A stretch of DNA of 64,000 nucleotides from Eledone cirrhosa. Its lineage: Eukaryota. The stretch spans positions 271,374,001-271,438,000 of the forward strand of contig OZ024740.1 of the NCBI GenBank assembly GCA_964016885.1, written 5' to 3'. Shown one piece after another: positions 1 through 13,834 of the stretch. The notes beneath the pieces were generated by a model. The model was not told the DNA's origin, did no database searches, and was given only the letters and a program-made list of their open reading frames with translations. The first letter of the stretch is position 1, and the number at the start of each line of letters is the position of its first letter. The position numbers and the translations under genes are program-made.

Positions 1-200
1 TTGTTTTGTTTTTTCGGTGGGGGGGGGGGGGGGGGGGGGGTCCAAATTGCAGCTATCCCAAAAGTTTCGAACTAATACCATTACCACAGTGCATTAATCC
101 AATTTTTATGTTGAATAAATGATTGCCCGGCTGTACAGGATTTATATATATATATAACTAACTCACACAGCGATGCTAGCGTGGAAAAATGGATTATGAT

Positions 201-359
<159 letters not shown>

Positions 360-878
360 TTACATATATACATATATGTATATTTACATATATATATGCA
401 TATGTATGTATGCGTATGTGTGCGTATGTGATTCTGTGTCTGTGTGTGTGCGAGTGTGTGTGTATATCTATGTGTATGTGTATGAGTATGTGTATGTGTA
501 TGTGTGTGTGTGTTAGAGATTACATATCTATGGAACTGAAAGAATATATTAAGTTAAAACAAACGTATTCAAAATCTCCTGACAGCACCCTATATGATTT
601 AAAGTAAGGAATGGAGACACATTGCACAATTTTGTCTTCTATCTCTATAATTTCATGTTTAAGAGCATGTCAGAGTTGAATTTGTCTTGTAGCACCACAA
701 GGTTTGGAAGAAGACATGGAAGGAAAAGAAGCAACAAGTAATGTATTAAGATAGTTTCAACTGACGACAACTTTACACTTATTACAAAATTGTGGCCTAT
801 ACAATTATTATATAAAGAACCTTTATTATCTAGAGCTCATGCAAATCTATATGTGTGTCTAGATATATATATCTATAG

Positions 879-1030
879 GTTTATCCCGGGTTCAATCGGG
901 GGTAACCATAGTAAGTAAGGTACTCAATACAAAGCAGAGTATAAATATTTAATATAGAAAATGCTTCTACAGGACTAGAACTGTTTCATTCGGGAGAAAT
1001 CATCAAGAAGCTGATGATTTCTATATTAAA
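879..1030 (-). mobile_element. Fold-back family A (PLE-type terminus in TA-rich microsatellite); other copies at about 37455-37620, 48828-49008, 49146-49303, 50070-50285, 50521-50590, 53361-53530
   Basis: Shared core TTCTACAGGACTAGAACTGTTTCATTCG and tail GTATTGAGTACCTTACTTACTGTGGTTACCCCCGATTG; each copy is partly self-inverted. Confidence 0.8.
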
Positions 1031-2044
1031 TATATATATATATATAGATATATGTGTGTGTGTGTGAGAGTGTGTGTGTGTCTGTCTGTGTGTGTGTGTA
1101 TGTGTGTGTGTGTGCGTATGTGTGTGTACCTATTTTTGTTTGTTAACCACTGAGCTTTTTTGTATTGTTTTTTTTTTAACGATTGTTTTGTTGTTGATAT
1201 TTTCTTTTGTTTTACTTTTTGTTATTTTGTACCCTTTACTGAACCAAATGGTCCCGTAACTCCTAGGGAGTCGTAGGGACGCCGCAGTAATATACGGCCT
1301 TTCTTGGGTATTTTAAGCCAGGCGAGGCCCATCTCTCTCCAGGTTTGAATACAGCAGATTTCTTCCAAAGAAGGATAAAAAGTGAGAGAGTCTGTCCCCT
1401 TTACCTCCACTAATTAAAAATATATATACATACCTTACCATAGATTATATTTCCTTGTGAAATGAAATAGCTAAGTACTACTGTTAACTAACTCCTACAC
1501 TAATCTCATTTCTCTTAAATACCCGATATGGGAAAATCTGAAACAGATATCTTCCGTTCAGCATGTAAAACATTCCCTCCTTTAAATTGTAGTTTGCAAG
1601 TTGTAGATTTTTAACTAAGTAACCAGTACCACTCCTGATTTTGGCCGCTCCTCTGTATGAATGTAACCTCAACACTTGTAATATTATAATGAATAAAATG
1701 AGAATGGTGAGGGAAAGTGTTAGGTTGTCTAGTTCTTCATTAGTCATGACATAAAAATGAACTTGTTTAACTTTAGAGATGTGTAATGCAACTCAAATGT
1801 CTTCTTGGCGCGTGTATAGTATATGTAAAACATTTCCACATATAAATACATTCACACAAACACACACACACGCACACACTTGCATAAATACATACATACA
1901 CACAAACACACACACACACACGCGCGCATGCATAAATACATACATACATACATAGATCCATACAAACACACACACATGCATAATACATACATAAATACAT
2001 ACATACATTCTTACATGCACATATGTGTGTGTAAGTGATGTGTC

Positions 2045-2075
<31 letters not shown>

Positions 2076-2508
2076 ATAAGTGTGTGAGAAAGAGAGTGTG
2101 TGTGTGTGAGGATTTATCTCTGTATATATGCAATATTCCAGTTATTTTAACGAAATGATCGTAAACCAATTAAATGATTTAGTTGAAATCCGTGTTAATC
2201 CTTATTTTTTAATGTATATAGATAGATAGTTTTCCTTACACACCTATACCCAACAACTGAGTACAATGAATATAAACTAGCCAAACACACACACACACAC
2301 ACACACTCACACATACACACACATACACACATATACATACATACATACATACATACATACATACATACATACATACACACACTCACAAATACATGCATAC
2401 AAACACACAAATACATACATACATACATACATACATACATGCATACATACATACATACATACATACATACATACATACATACATGCATGCATGCATGCAT
2501 GCATGCAT

Positions 2509-3117
2509 GCTGGCTGCCAACTCGTTTTCGAGTACGGCCACTACTTTATATCCATGTAGGAGAAACCCTACCGATGCGCTGAACGAGTGTGACTTTTTAG
2601 TCCAGCCAGCGACTTGAAAACTCTGGTACAAACACTAAACTTGTGACAATTATTGACACATAGTGCTGGGCCCATGGTACCATGTGACGACAAGTGCAGA
2701 GAGATCTCCAGATATTAAGCAATGCCTGTGCCGTGAAGCTTTTATAGTGAGCAAAGGCACTGCACAAACCCAGTCCCACTCTCTTAACCAAGATGATATT
2801 TACCAAAAAGAAGAACAAGTCAACATCATTGGATACCATCAGGGTTGCAGGTGCTATATCAGAGTTTTCCTACTCCTAGAATTCTGCCTTGAAAAAGGCT
2901 AAGGAGTCATCTCTCCCGGTGATTTTGGATGACCATTGACTCTTAAGAGCTCCTTTGCCCTTTGACAGGTTTTGTTTTTAGTCCTGCAGGATGTCCAAAG
3001 TCAACCTCCTCACCAAGAAACCTTGGTGGGGTTGCCAGTTTAGTCGCCAACGACCCGGCCATGGGACAGGTTGTACTGGAATACATGTTACCAGTAGCAC
3101 CAACTGGTGACCTGACA
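2509..3117 (-). mobile_element. Non-coding retroposon-like repeat flanked by (ATAC)n, possibly a non-autonomous RTE derivative; copies at 6078-6293, about 6376-6937, 7591-8092, 31954-32360 (opposite strand), and end fragments at about 62848-62892 and 63207-63246
   Basis: High identity among copies with constant ends TGGCTGCC... and ...GTGACC(T/C)G(A/G)CA. The segment CTAGGAGAAGGAAAACTCTGA resembles RTE 5' UTRs (from recall, not searched). Confidence 0.7.
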
Positions 3118-3150
3118 GACCTGACATACATACATACATACATACATACA

Positions 3151-3181
<31 letters not shown>

Positions 3182-3210
3182 GTATATGTATATACATATA
3201 CATATATGTA

Positions 3211-3268
<58 letters not shown>

Positions 3269-3498
3269 TATATGGCCCTCTTCCTGCTATATCAAGTGTT
3301 AACCTAATATATACCTTCCATATACTGTACTGATTGTGTTGTTATTTCTGTTTACCTTTTACACACACACACACAATATACACACACACATACACATATA
3401 TACACACACATACATATATACATATATATATATACATATATATATACATATATATATATACATATATACACACACATACATATATACATATATATATA

Positions 3499-3530
<32 letters not shown>

Positions 3531-3761
3531 CATATATATGTATATATATATAAGTGTGTGTATATATTAATAAATATATGTATATATATATATATGTATA
3601 TATGTATATATATATATGTATATATAAATATATGTATATATATATATGTATATATATATATATGTGTGTATATATTAATAAATATATATTATATGTATAT
3701 ATCTATATACATGTATATATCATACATATATGTATAAATATCTATATATACACATATATAT

Positions 3762-3794
<33 letters not shown>

Positions 3795-3835
3795 TACATA
3801 CATATACATATATATACACACATATATATATATAT

Positions 3836-3938
<103 letters not shown>

Positions 3939-4329
3939 AACTTCCTATTTCTCTGTGTTATCTCTGCTGTGATGTTTTGTGTTCGAAGCGAAACCCTATT
4001 CAGCTGGATTACAGCTAATCCATTCAAGGTTTAATCCCCTCACCATGGGATAGGTGAGGTTGGGGTGAGGGATCGGGTGCTGGTGTGGAAGAGGGTGTGG
4101 GGGAGAAGGTGTGGGAAAAGGAGGTGGCTGGGGCTGGTGTTTAGTGCGTTGTAATTGAGGAGAGGGGGTGAGAGATTGTGTGGAGGTGGTGAGGGAGACT
4201 GGGTGAGAGAGAGAGGGGGGTGAGGAAGAGGGGTAGAGAGAGGGGGTAGGAGAGAAAGAGGGTAGAGAGAGAGGGGTAGAGAGAGCGAGGGGGTGGGAGA
4301 GAGAAGGGGTGAGAGAGGGTGAGAGAGAA

Positions 4330-5608
4330 AGAGCGAGAGAGAGCGGCTGAGAGATTGTGTGGCGAGAGAGAGAGGGTGAGAGATTGTGTGGCGAGAGAGA
4401 GAGGGTGAGAGAGTGTGTGGCGAGAGAGAGAGGGTGTGAGGGATTGTGTGGTGAGAGAGAGAGGGTGAGAGAGGGTGTGAGGGATTGTGTGGCGAGAGAG
4501 ATAGGGTGAGAGATTGTGTGGCGAGACAGAGAGGGTCAGAGAGTATGTGGCGAGAGAGAGATTGTGTGAGAGAGTGTGTGGTGAGAGGGAGAGAGGGTGA
4601 GAGAGTGTATGGCGAGAGAGAGAGGGTGAGGGAGTGTGTGGCGAGAGAGAGTGTGTGGTGAGAGAGAGAGGGGTGAGAGAGTATGTGGCGAGAGAGAGAG
4701 GGTGTGAGAGAGTGTGTGGTGAGAGAGAGAGATTGTGTGAGAATGTGTGGTGAGAGAGAGTGTGTGGTGAGAGAGAGGGTGAGAGAGTGTGTGGTGAAAG
4801 AGAGTGTGTGGTGAGAGAGAGAGGGTGAGAGAGTGTGTGGCGAGAGAGAGAGGATGAGAGAATGTGTGGTGAGAGAGAGTGTGTGGTGAGAGAGAGTGTG
4901 TGGTGAGAGAGAGAGGGTGAGAGAGTGTGTGGCGAGAGAGAGAGGGTGAGAGATTGTGTGGCGAGAGAGAGAGGGTGAGAGAGAGTGTGTGGTGAGAGAG
5001 AGAGGGTGAGAGAGTGTGTGGCGAGAGAGAGAGGGTGAGAGATTGTGTGGCGAGAGAGAGAGGGTGAGAGATTGTGTGGTGAGAGAGAGTGTGTGGTGAG
5101 AGAGAGAGGGTCAGAGATTGTGTGGCGAGAGAGAGAGGGTGAGAGAGTGTGTGGCGAGAGAGAGAGGGTGAGAGATTGTTTGGCGAGAGAGAGAGGGTGA
5201 GAGAATGTGTGGTGAGAGAGAGAGGGTGCGAGAGATTGTGTGGTGAGAGAGAGAGGGTGTGAGAGATTGTATGGTGAGAGAGAGAGGGTAAGAGAATGTG
5301 TGGGGTGAGAGAGAGGGTGAGAGAATGTGTGGCGAGAGAGAGAGGGTGGGAGAATGCGTGGTGAGAGAGAGAGGGTGTGAGAGATTGTGTGGTGAGAGAG
5401 AGAGAGTGGGAGATTGTGTGGCGAGAGAGAGAGGGTGAGAGAATGTGTGGTGAGAGAGAGAGGGTGAGAGATTGTGTGGCGAGAGAGAGAGGGTGTGAGA
5501 GATTGTGTGGTGAGAGAGAGAGGTTGAGAGATTGTGTGGTGAGAGAGAGGGTGAGAGAATGTGTGGCGAGAGAGAGAGGGTGAGAGATTGTGTGGTGAGA
5601 GAGAGAGG
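4330..5608. repeat. GA/GT-rich minisatellite, unit of about 30 bp: GAGAGAGAGAGGGTGAGAGATTGTGTGG(C/T)
   Basis: Directly visible tandem units; explains ORFs 4141-5640, 4536-5642 and 5111-5701. Confidence 0.95.
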
Positions 5609-5899
5609 TGTAGAAATTGGGGAGAGGGTGTGGCAAGCACAAGAGTGTGTGTCAGGTGAGGGAGAGAGGTGTAGTGGTTGGCAATGGTTGCTAATCCTCA
5701 TTCATACACATGTATGGTGACTGCTGTTCTTTCATGATAACCTGAGGAATACAGAACAGATTATATTATCTCAAATATAATGACCTGTTCAAACATGAAA
5801 CCAGACCGTAGCCAACATAATGTTGTTTAATATCATTATTACATACATTCACCATTAGCTACAGACACAGACTGTGGTTAGCTCACAACACCAACAACA

Positions 5900-6078
5900 G
5901 CAACAACAACTGTGGAAGGTATTAAACAACCCATTTGTGGCGCCCTTCCCCCCTATTGGGGATTTCGATTGTTGAATTTGTTTGTTTCAATATTTTTACA
6001 TGACTGTATGTAAAATCCCCGGCATGTGTCTTTGTATTGTCCCCTTTTCTTGTGCGCCCTTGTGGCTAATAAAGACAA
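5900..6078 (+). mobile_element. Probable 3' end of an L1/Tx1-like retroelement
   Basis: T-rich 3' UTR-like tract ending GCCCTTGTGGCT-AATAAA-GACAAA, directly abutting a truncated repeat; no coding remnant recognised. Confidence 0.35.
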
Positions 6079-7297
6079 AGGGGTCATCTCTCCCGGTGAT
6101 TTCGGATGGCCATTGACTCTTAAGAGCTCCTTTGCCCTTTGACAGGTTTTTTTTTTAGTCCTGCAGGATGTCCAAAGTCACCCTCCTCACCAAGAAACCT
6201 TGGTGGGGTTGCCAGTTTAGTCGCCAACGATCCGACCATGAGACAGGTTGTACTGGGATACATGTTACCAGTAGCACCAACTGGTGACCTGACATACATA
6301 CATACATACATACATACATACATACATACATACATACATACATACATACATACATACATACATACATACATAAATGATGGCTGCATACTTAAGCATGAAC
6401 ATCATGGACGTAGATTTTTAGTTGTGCTAGGGCCTAGCCTATGGCCAGGAATATCATGCATCGCAAAAAATGTCACATATCAAGCAATGCCTGTGCTTGA
6501 AGCTTTTTTAAGTGAAGAAAGGCTTTGCACGGCGCCAATCCCATTCTCTAAACATCAAATGCATTTGCCCAATCCCATTCTCTAAACATCAAATGCATTT
6601 GCCCAAAAAGAAGAACAGGTCTATATGATTGGATGCAAACGAAGTCTCAGGTTTTATATCAGAGTGACCGTCTTTTAGAGACCAATAGAGATGTCTTAAT
6701 GAAGACTATGTGTCTCTCGCTCTACGCACACAAAAAAAAACTTTATCGGATGGCAGTTGACTGTCCTGAGTTCCTCCGGCCTTTGACGGGTTTTGTTTTT
6801 CATCCCGCAGGGTCTCCAAAACCTCACTCCTCACCAAGCAAATTTTGTGGGGTTTCTGGTTTAGTCTCCGACGACCCGACCATTCACGGGTTATACTAGG
6901 TTATATGTTGCCAGTAGCGCTGAAGAGTGACCTGGCATATAATATAATATAATATAATATAATATTATATTATATTATATTATATTATATTATATTATAT
7001 TATATTATATTATATTATATTATATTATATTATATTATATTATATTATATTATATTATATAGGGTGGTGGATTGGCAGTATCGGTAGAGGGTCGGACGCC
7101 ATGCTTTGACGCATAGAGTTACGGCCCTTGTCATTCTGAGTTCAAATCCCGCGGAGGTTAACTTTGCCTTTCATCCTTATGGGGTCGATAAAATAAAGTA
7201 TCAGTAATTCATTGGGTAATTGCTGGCCTTGTGCCAAAAGTAGAAACAATTATATTATTTTATATTATATTATATTATATAATATATATATGTGGTA

Positions 7298-7575
7298 CAG
7301 ACCCCCTTCAGTCACAAATGACAATGGGATTTGTACCTAGAAAGTTGCCCTCCGAGGCACAAGTCCGGGTAAGGTTGTTTGCGGAAGACCAGCAATCAGC
7401 CATCCATATGATGTCCAAGGGAAAGGCAAAGACCGATACAACTTGTCACCAGTGACGTCGCAACTCATTTCTACAGCTGAGTAAACTGAAGCGAGAACAC
7501 AACACAAAGCCCGGTCGGAGAATCGAACTCACATCCTCACTATTGTAATCCTGACGTTCTAACCACTAACCATTC
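7298..7575 (-). mobile_element. Second tRNA-derived SINE family (Meta/CORE-like body); related copies at about 37025-37310(-), 27330-27585(-), 49350-49650(-), 52315-52620(+)
   Basis: Shared CCCTCCGAGGCACAAG..GGAAGACCAGCA..CACCAGTGACG..CAACTCATTTCTACA and minus-strand B box (GAGTTCGATTC). Confidence 0.7.
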
Positions 7576-8866
7576 ACTTTACATACATACATGATGGCTG
7601 CCCCCTCGTTATCGTGTATGGCCATTGCACGATATACCATTATTAATAATTATTAATTAATTCTATCGTGCAATGCCTGTGCATGAAGATATTTTTTAAA
7701 GTGAGGAAAGACTGTACACTGAGCCAATCCCACTCTCTGAGCGACAGTAGCTATAACCCGAGCCGCAGGTTTTATATCGGAGTTATCCCAGTTTCCTGAG
7801 TTGCCTTCTCCTAGAAGAATGCCTTGACAAAGGATAGGGGTCCTTCACTCCCAGTGGTTTAACCGCGCGGTACATGTGTATATACATATTTACACACTTT
7901 CGGATGGCCGTTGACTCTTATGAGTTCTTCCGACTTTTGTCAGGTTTTGTTTTTTGTCCTGCAGGGTGTCCAAAATCACCCTCCTCACCAAGTAAACTTG
8001 GTGGGGTTGCCGGTTTAGTTGCCGACGACCCGACCATGCGATAGGTTGTACTGGGCTACATGTTACCAGTAGCACTCAAGAGTGACCCGGCATACATACA
8101 TACATACATACATACATACATACATACATACATACATACATACATACATTCATACATACGGCTGGCTTCTATAGTTTTTGTCTGCAAATTCCATTCACTC
8201 TATAATGCTCAACTCGAGGCTATAGTAAATATGCATGCACACATATATATATAATATATGGGTATGTGTGTGTGTATGTGTGTGTGCGTGTATTTCTAAT
8301 TGTGTGTGTATGTGTGTGTCTGTGTCTGTGCGTGTATGTATGTGTCTGTGTCTGTGCATGTATGTGTGTGTGTGTATAGATACGTATGTGTGTGAGTGTG
8401 TTCGTACAAGGCACACATTGATGTGAAAGACTTAATCAAGACCATCAAGGGCAAACATAGACGGGCTGACCACATCTCTCGTTTCAGAGTCATGGGGTGG
8501 ACTACTAGACTGACAAAATGGATACCAAAGTAGTGAAAAAGAAACTTGAGGGCAGACAAAGGGTAGATGGCGTGAAGATCTGACCCCCACATTGCCCAAT
8601 ATAGTCAGAGATAGGAAGCAGTGGATTTTGTAATGATTATATACGTATATACATCATAATAAATTGGGGGTGGGGTCAGCATTAACACAGGTGGAATTTG
8701 AACTAAGGACTTAATGAATATTATAATCGATTAAAAGACTGGAAGGCGCTGCCCTGCCTTGGTCACCGTCTAATGTCTACACCCAGTCAAAGAAAGATCA
8801 AAGAATAAAAGAACATCGTTTCACGAAACAATATGTCAAATTTTCCCCATTTGATATGATTAGTGT

Positions 8867-8929
<63 letters not shown>

Positions 8930-8932
<3 letters not shown>

Positions 8933-9398
8933 AATATCTTTAAGTCGTTTGGAAGCCTCGACAATGCAAATGGGTAAATCTCCGGGTAACAAGATCCGGT
9001 GGTGGAGAGAGATGTAAGTGGGTGTACGTTGAGATGCGTGGTGTGTATAAGATGTGTAGAAGAATGAAGGAAAGAGTATAAAGGATAAAATTAAAATAAC
9101 AACACGAGAGAGAGTTACCTTGGGAGAGATTTAATAGTCCTATTAAATCTCTCCCAAGGTAACTCTCTCTTGTGTTGTTATTTTTATTTTATCCTTTATA
9201 CTCTTCCCTTCTTTCTTCTACACATTTACACATCTTATACACACCACGCATCTCAACGTACACCCACTTACATCTCTCTCTCCAGCACCGGATCTTGTTA
9301 CCCGGAGATTTACCCATTTGCATTGTCGAGGCTTCCAAACGACTTAAAGATATTTACTTATTATTCCACAATGCTTCAAGCAAACTTCAATACTCTCT
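8930..9398. repeat. Near-perfect palindrome (arms of about 205 bp, 2-nt spacer at 9139-9140) plus a short unpaired tail, between microsatellites
   Basis: Centre ...GAGAGATTTAATAG-TC-CTATTAAATCTCTC...; outer ends TAAATATCTTTAAGTCGTTTGG / CCAAACGACTTAAAGATATTTA. Confidence 0.9.
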
Positions 9399-9475
9399 TA
9401 TATATATATATATATGAAAAACAAGGGGAGAAGAATACTGCATGGTTGCACATGGATTACATATATATATATGTG

Positions 9476-9506
<31 letters not shown>

Positions 9507-9556
9507 TTATTAGGATTGGTGCTCTGAAATATATATATATATATGTGTGTGTGTGT

Positions 9557-9594
<38 letters not shown>

Positions 9595-9651
9595 ATGTGT
9601 GTTGTATGTGTGAGTGTGTGTGTGTATGTATATTAGGATTGGTGCTCTGAA

Positions 9652-9743
<92 letters not shown>

Positions 9744-9884
9744 ATATATATATGTATATGTATATGAATGTGTATATGTATATGTATATGAATATATATA
9801 TATATGTATATTTATATATATATATATAGAGAGAGAGAGAGGGGTGAGAGGATGAGAGATATGTAGACAGACAGACAGATAGAT

Positions 9885-9955
<71 letters not shown>

Positions 9956-10990
9956 CAGACACACACAAAAACACTCTGTTGGTGGTATATTATTTAGCCC
10001 CAGGCTATCCCTGACTGACTTGATCTAGGATCAATGGGACTTGAGTTATAAATCCCTCATCCTTTCATTGCGCAGAAGACATTGACAAATATTAGGAATT
10101 AGACAGCGCACTTATAACATGGTTTAAGCTATGATTTAGTACAAGTTTAAGCATCTCTGGTGAGATGCTTATGGAACAAGCCAAAATTTCTCATAGAGTA
10201 CTAAAGTAAATATAAGACTGAATATTCAGATTGATATGAGACAAGTTTAAGTAAAGACATGGATTTTCATTACATAATTTACGTGTTAAAACGATTAATT
10301 GTTTCTACTTTAGGCACAAGGCCAGCAATTACCCAGTGCATTACTGGTACTTTATTTTATCGACCCCGTAAGGATGAAAGGCAAAGTCAACCTCGGCGGG
10401 ATTTGAACTCAGATCGTAAAGGGACGTAACTATGCTGGAAAGCATGGCGTCCGACCCTCTACCGATACTGCCAATCCAAACGATTAATGCTAACACAGAA
10501 ACTGCAACAAAGTTTGTAGGTGAATTTTCAGTTAGAGGCATCGGAAAATTTAACTCCAGGATAAGTTTATAATTCTGACGAATCTACGCTATTTGGTGTC
10601 GTATGTCACGTTAAAACCTCTTGCCAAAGAACTTAAGAAAGCTCTACTCGAGGGAAAGGATTCTAAATATAGGGTAATAGTTCTTAGCTGATGTAACGCT
10701 GTAGAACACATAAAACCAAACTGGTGGTAAATATGAATTCTTTCATTTACTTACCGTCGTAAGTAAAAAGTCTGTATAACAACTAAACTTTTACTTAGGT
10801 GTTTCGGAGATTACTTCGTGATACAAAGTATAAAATATTCTTTATATAAGCAGAACTTTTAAAAAAAGACAATGTTTTGATTTTGACCTCCTACTAAACG
10901 CACTTATGTGATTCAACACTGTGAGCATAGCATGTTACATTCCTGAGCAAACGATAATAAATTACATATACATGCATGCAAGCCACCGGA

Positions 10991-11430
10991 AGAGGCACAA
11001 TCACCGAAACTTCGAAGTCACTGTCACATCTTTTCTTCAGAAAATATGATTTATACTCAGTTTTGAGTGGTCATTCAGTTAATTTTCATCTGTTCTATAT
11101 ACGCGTGTATATATAAATGTATGTATGTATGTATGTATGTATGCATTATATATATAGAAGAAGAGACCCTACCCCACGTAGACCCTATAGAGGGACCAGC
11201 AGTACAAGTCAGAGGCACAATCACCGAAACTTCGAAGTCACTGTCACATCTTTTCTTCAGAAAATATGATTTATACTCAGTTTTGAGTGGTCATTCAGTT
11301 AATTTTCATCTGTTCTATATACGCGTGTATATATAAATGTATGTATGTATGTATGTATGTATGCATTATATATATAGAAGAAGAGACCCTACCCCACGTA
11401 GACCCTATAGAGGGACCAGCAGTACAAGTC
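10991..11430 (+). repeat. Perfect 220-bp tandem duplication spanning flanking DNA and the LINE 5' junction
   Basis: 10991-11210 equals 11211-11430; junction microhomology AGAGGCA/AGCGGCA. Confidence 0.9.
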
Positions 11431-13089
11431 AGCGGCAGCGTAGTAAGTAAGGCAATCAGAGATATGAAGATAGGGAAGGCAACCGGTCCATCGGGTATAG
11501 CTGCCGAGATGCTGAAGGCATCTGGGTCTGTAGGTCACACTATAACCACACGTATCGTTAACCAGGTAATACTAGAGGGGGCCATACCAAAAGATTGGTG
11601 CAGTAGCATCATTGTCAACTGCTACAAAGGTAAAGGCGATGCACTAGATAGAGGAAACTATAGAGGTATAAAGTTGATGGACCAGGTCATGAAAGTAACA
11701 GAAAGAGTTATAGCACAGCTGATTAGGGACCGGGTGAATATAGACGAGATGCAATTTGGGTTTGTACCAGGGAAAGGCACCACTGATGCCCTCTTCCTTG
11801 TGAGGCAATTACAGGAAAAGTACCTAGCTAAAAGTAAGCCACTCTACTTGGCATTTGTCGACCTTGAGAAAGCCTTTGACAGAGTTCCACGTGCAGTAAT
11901 CTGGTGGGCTCTTAGAAAACTAGGAGTAGATGAATGGCTTGTGAAAGCGGTACAAGCCATGTATAGGGGAGCAGTCAGCAAAGTTAGGATTGGCAATGAG
12001 TATAGCGAGGAATTTAGCGTACAGGTTGGGGTCCACCAGGGCTCTGTTCTTAGCCCTCTCCTGTTCATCATAGTCCTGCAGGCAATAACGGAGGAGTTTA
12101 AGACCGGATGCCCATGGGAACTCCTGTATGCTGATGACCTCGCACTCATAGCTGAATCTATGGTAGAACTAGAGAATAAATTCCAAACCTAGAAGCAGGG
12201 ACTAGAGAGAAAGGGCCTCAAAGTCAACATGACAAAGACTAAGGTCCTTGTAAGTAGACGAGAAAACAGAACCCAGATCCCCTCAGGGAAATGGCCTTGC
12301 TCAGTATGTAGGAAAGGTGTAGGTAGGAACTCCATTCTCTGCCCCAAATGCAAACAATGGGTACACAAGAGATGTAGCGGGATCTCAGGAAGCTTAATTA
12401 AGAATGTAGGATTCACATGCAGCAGCTGTGCTGAAACAGCAAGCAAACAGCCACAGGAAACAAGTACCACCAATCTCTGGGAGGGCCCTGTAGAAACAGT
12501 AGACAGCTTCTGCTACCTAGGTGACCGAATTAGCAACGGAGGTGGGTGCTCAGAAAGTACAATAACTAGGGTAAGAACGGGATGGAAGAAGTTTAGGGAA
12601 CTACTACCACTGCTAGCTGCAAAAGGCTTCTCCCTCAGAATGAAAGGCAGACTGTATGATGCGTGTATCCGAACAGCGATGTTGCATGGTAGTGAGACCT
12701 GGGCGCTGAAGGTGGAAGACTTACGTAGATTAGAGAGAAACGAAGCCTGCATGCTCCGATGGATGTGTAACAGTAATATACGTGAACGACAAAGCATAAA
12801 TGAATTGAGAGAGAGACTGAGCATAAGAGGAATCAAATGCTGCGTGCAGGAGAGGCGGTTACGCTGGTATGGACATGTGATGCGTATGAAGGATGACAGC
12901 TGCATAAAAAGGTGCAGAGCACTAGAAGTTGATGGAAACCGCGGAGTGGGGAGACCCAAGATGACTTGGGATGAGGTGATAAAAGCCGACCTTACCCAAC
13001 TACACCTCTCAAAGTCAATGACACACGACCGTGACTTCTGGCGTCACGCAGTAATACAGGGTACCCGACCTCCCATGGGTACATGCTGA
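11377..13089 (+). pseudogene. LINE reverse transcriptase ORF with a single in-frame TAG at 12190-12192 (likely from TGG); endonuclease domain lost by 5' truncation
   Basis: Reads ...ENKFQT*KQGLERKGLKVNMTKTK... without a frameshift and ends at TGA 13087-13089. Confidence 0.9.
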
Positions 13090-13319
13090 AGCATATAAAC
13101 AATATGCCCCCCCCCCCCCCACCGCAAGGTGGCCGTGGAGGTGCCACGGCGAGGTTGGTGTTAGGAAGGGCATCCAGCTGTAGAAATCAAGCCAGATCAG
13201 TTCCTGTATGAGCAAGGCATGGTCAGCCGACCAGACACTGCCCACAACAGGACAACCCGTCTAACCCATGCTAGCGTGGAAGAACGGACGTAAAACGGTG
13301 ATGATGATGATGATGATGA

Positions 13320-13323
<4 letters not shown>
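11377..13323 (+). mobile_element. 5'-truncated RTE-clade non-LTR retrotransposon (RT plus C-terminal region, 3' UTR, (GAT)n tail) inserted in a (TA)n tract
   Basis: ORFs 11287-12192 and 12229-13089 are in the same frame. RT motifs GKATGPSGI, NYRGIKL, QFGFVPGKGTTDA, FVDLEKAFDRV, GVHQGSVLSPLLF, LLYADDL, FCYLG, then HGSETW and RLRWYGHV. (GAT)n tail ends at 13323; TA runs on both sides. Confidence 0.95.
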
Positions 13324-13351
<28 letters not shown>

Positions 13352-13353
<2 letters not shown>

Positions 13354-13777
13354 CCAAAGATTAATATGGTTCGTTGATTAATCAACAAATACAATTTTAC
13401 AATAGATTAGAAGCACTCGACAAGACATTTTCCTGGATATTTAATATTATTCAAAATGTTAATAAATGAAAAGTATTCTCTAATCAAAATATATATTTTA
13501 TTATACATATTTCAAACGTACAATGGTGCTTAAGTACGTTTTCATCAGATAAAATATGAGATTTGATATGTGACATACCGCTACGGTTTTAATTATTCAA
13601 TTCCAGTATTAACTGCCAATACTGGAATTGAATAATCAAAACCGTAGCGGTATGTGACATATCAAATCTTAGATTTTATCTGATGAAAACGTACTTAAGC
13701 ACCATTGTACGTTTGAAATATGTATAATAAAATATATATTTTGATTATGAGAATATTTTTCATTTATTAACATTTTG

Positions 13778-13785
<8 letters not shown>
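13352..13785. mobile_element. Fold-back family C (arms of about 165 bp, 7-nt loop near 13614); relatives at about 13832-13997, 19134-19450, 24270-24620, 24741-24962, 31040-31363, 33107-33368, 38945-39290, 57930-58077
   Basis: Inverted arms about 13445-13610 and 13618-13785 carry a hammerhead on each strand; (TA)n flanks. Confidence 0.85.
13673..13733 (+). ncRNA. Type I hammerhead ribozyme motif (family C); an inverted copy lies at about 13495-13555 on the minus strand
   Basis: ATTTTAT-CTGATGA-AAACGTAC/GTACGTTT (8-bp stem II)-GAA-ATATGTAT-A-ATAAAAT. Confidence 0.85.

Positions 13786-13834
<49 letters not shown>

Noticed and set aside
1222-1747. Two short minus-strand ORFs in non-repetitive sequence
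   Set aside because: No recognisable domain or clear splice structure; possibly a decayed element.
4141-5701. 499-aa Ser/Leu/His/Thr-rich ORF
   Set aside because: Minisatellite open in all three minus-strand frames; no domain evidence.
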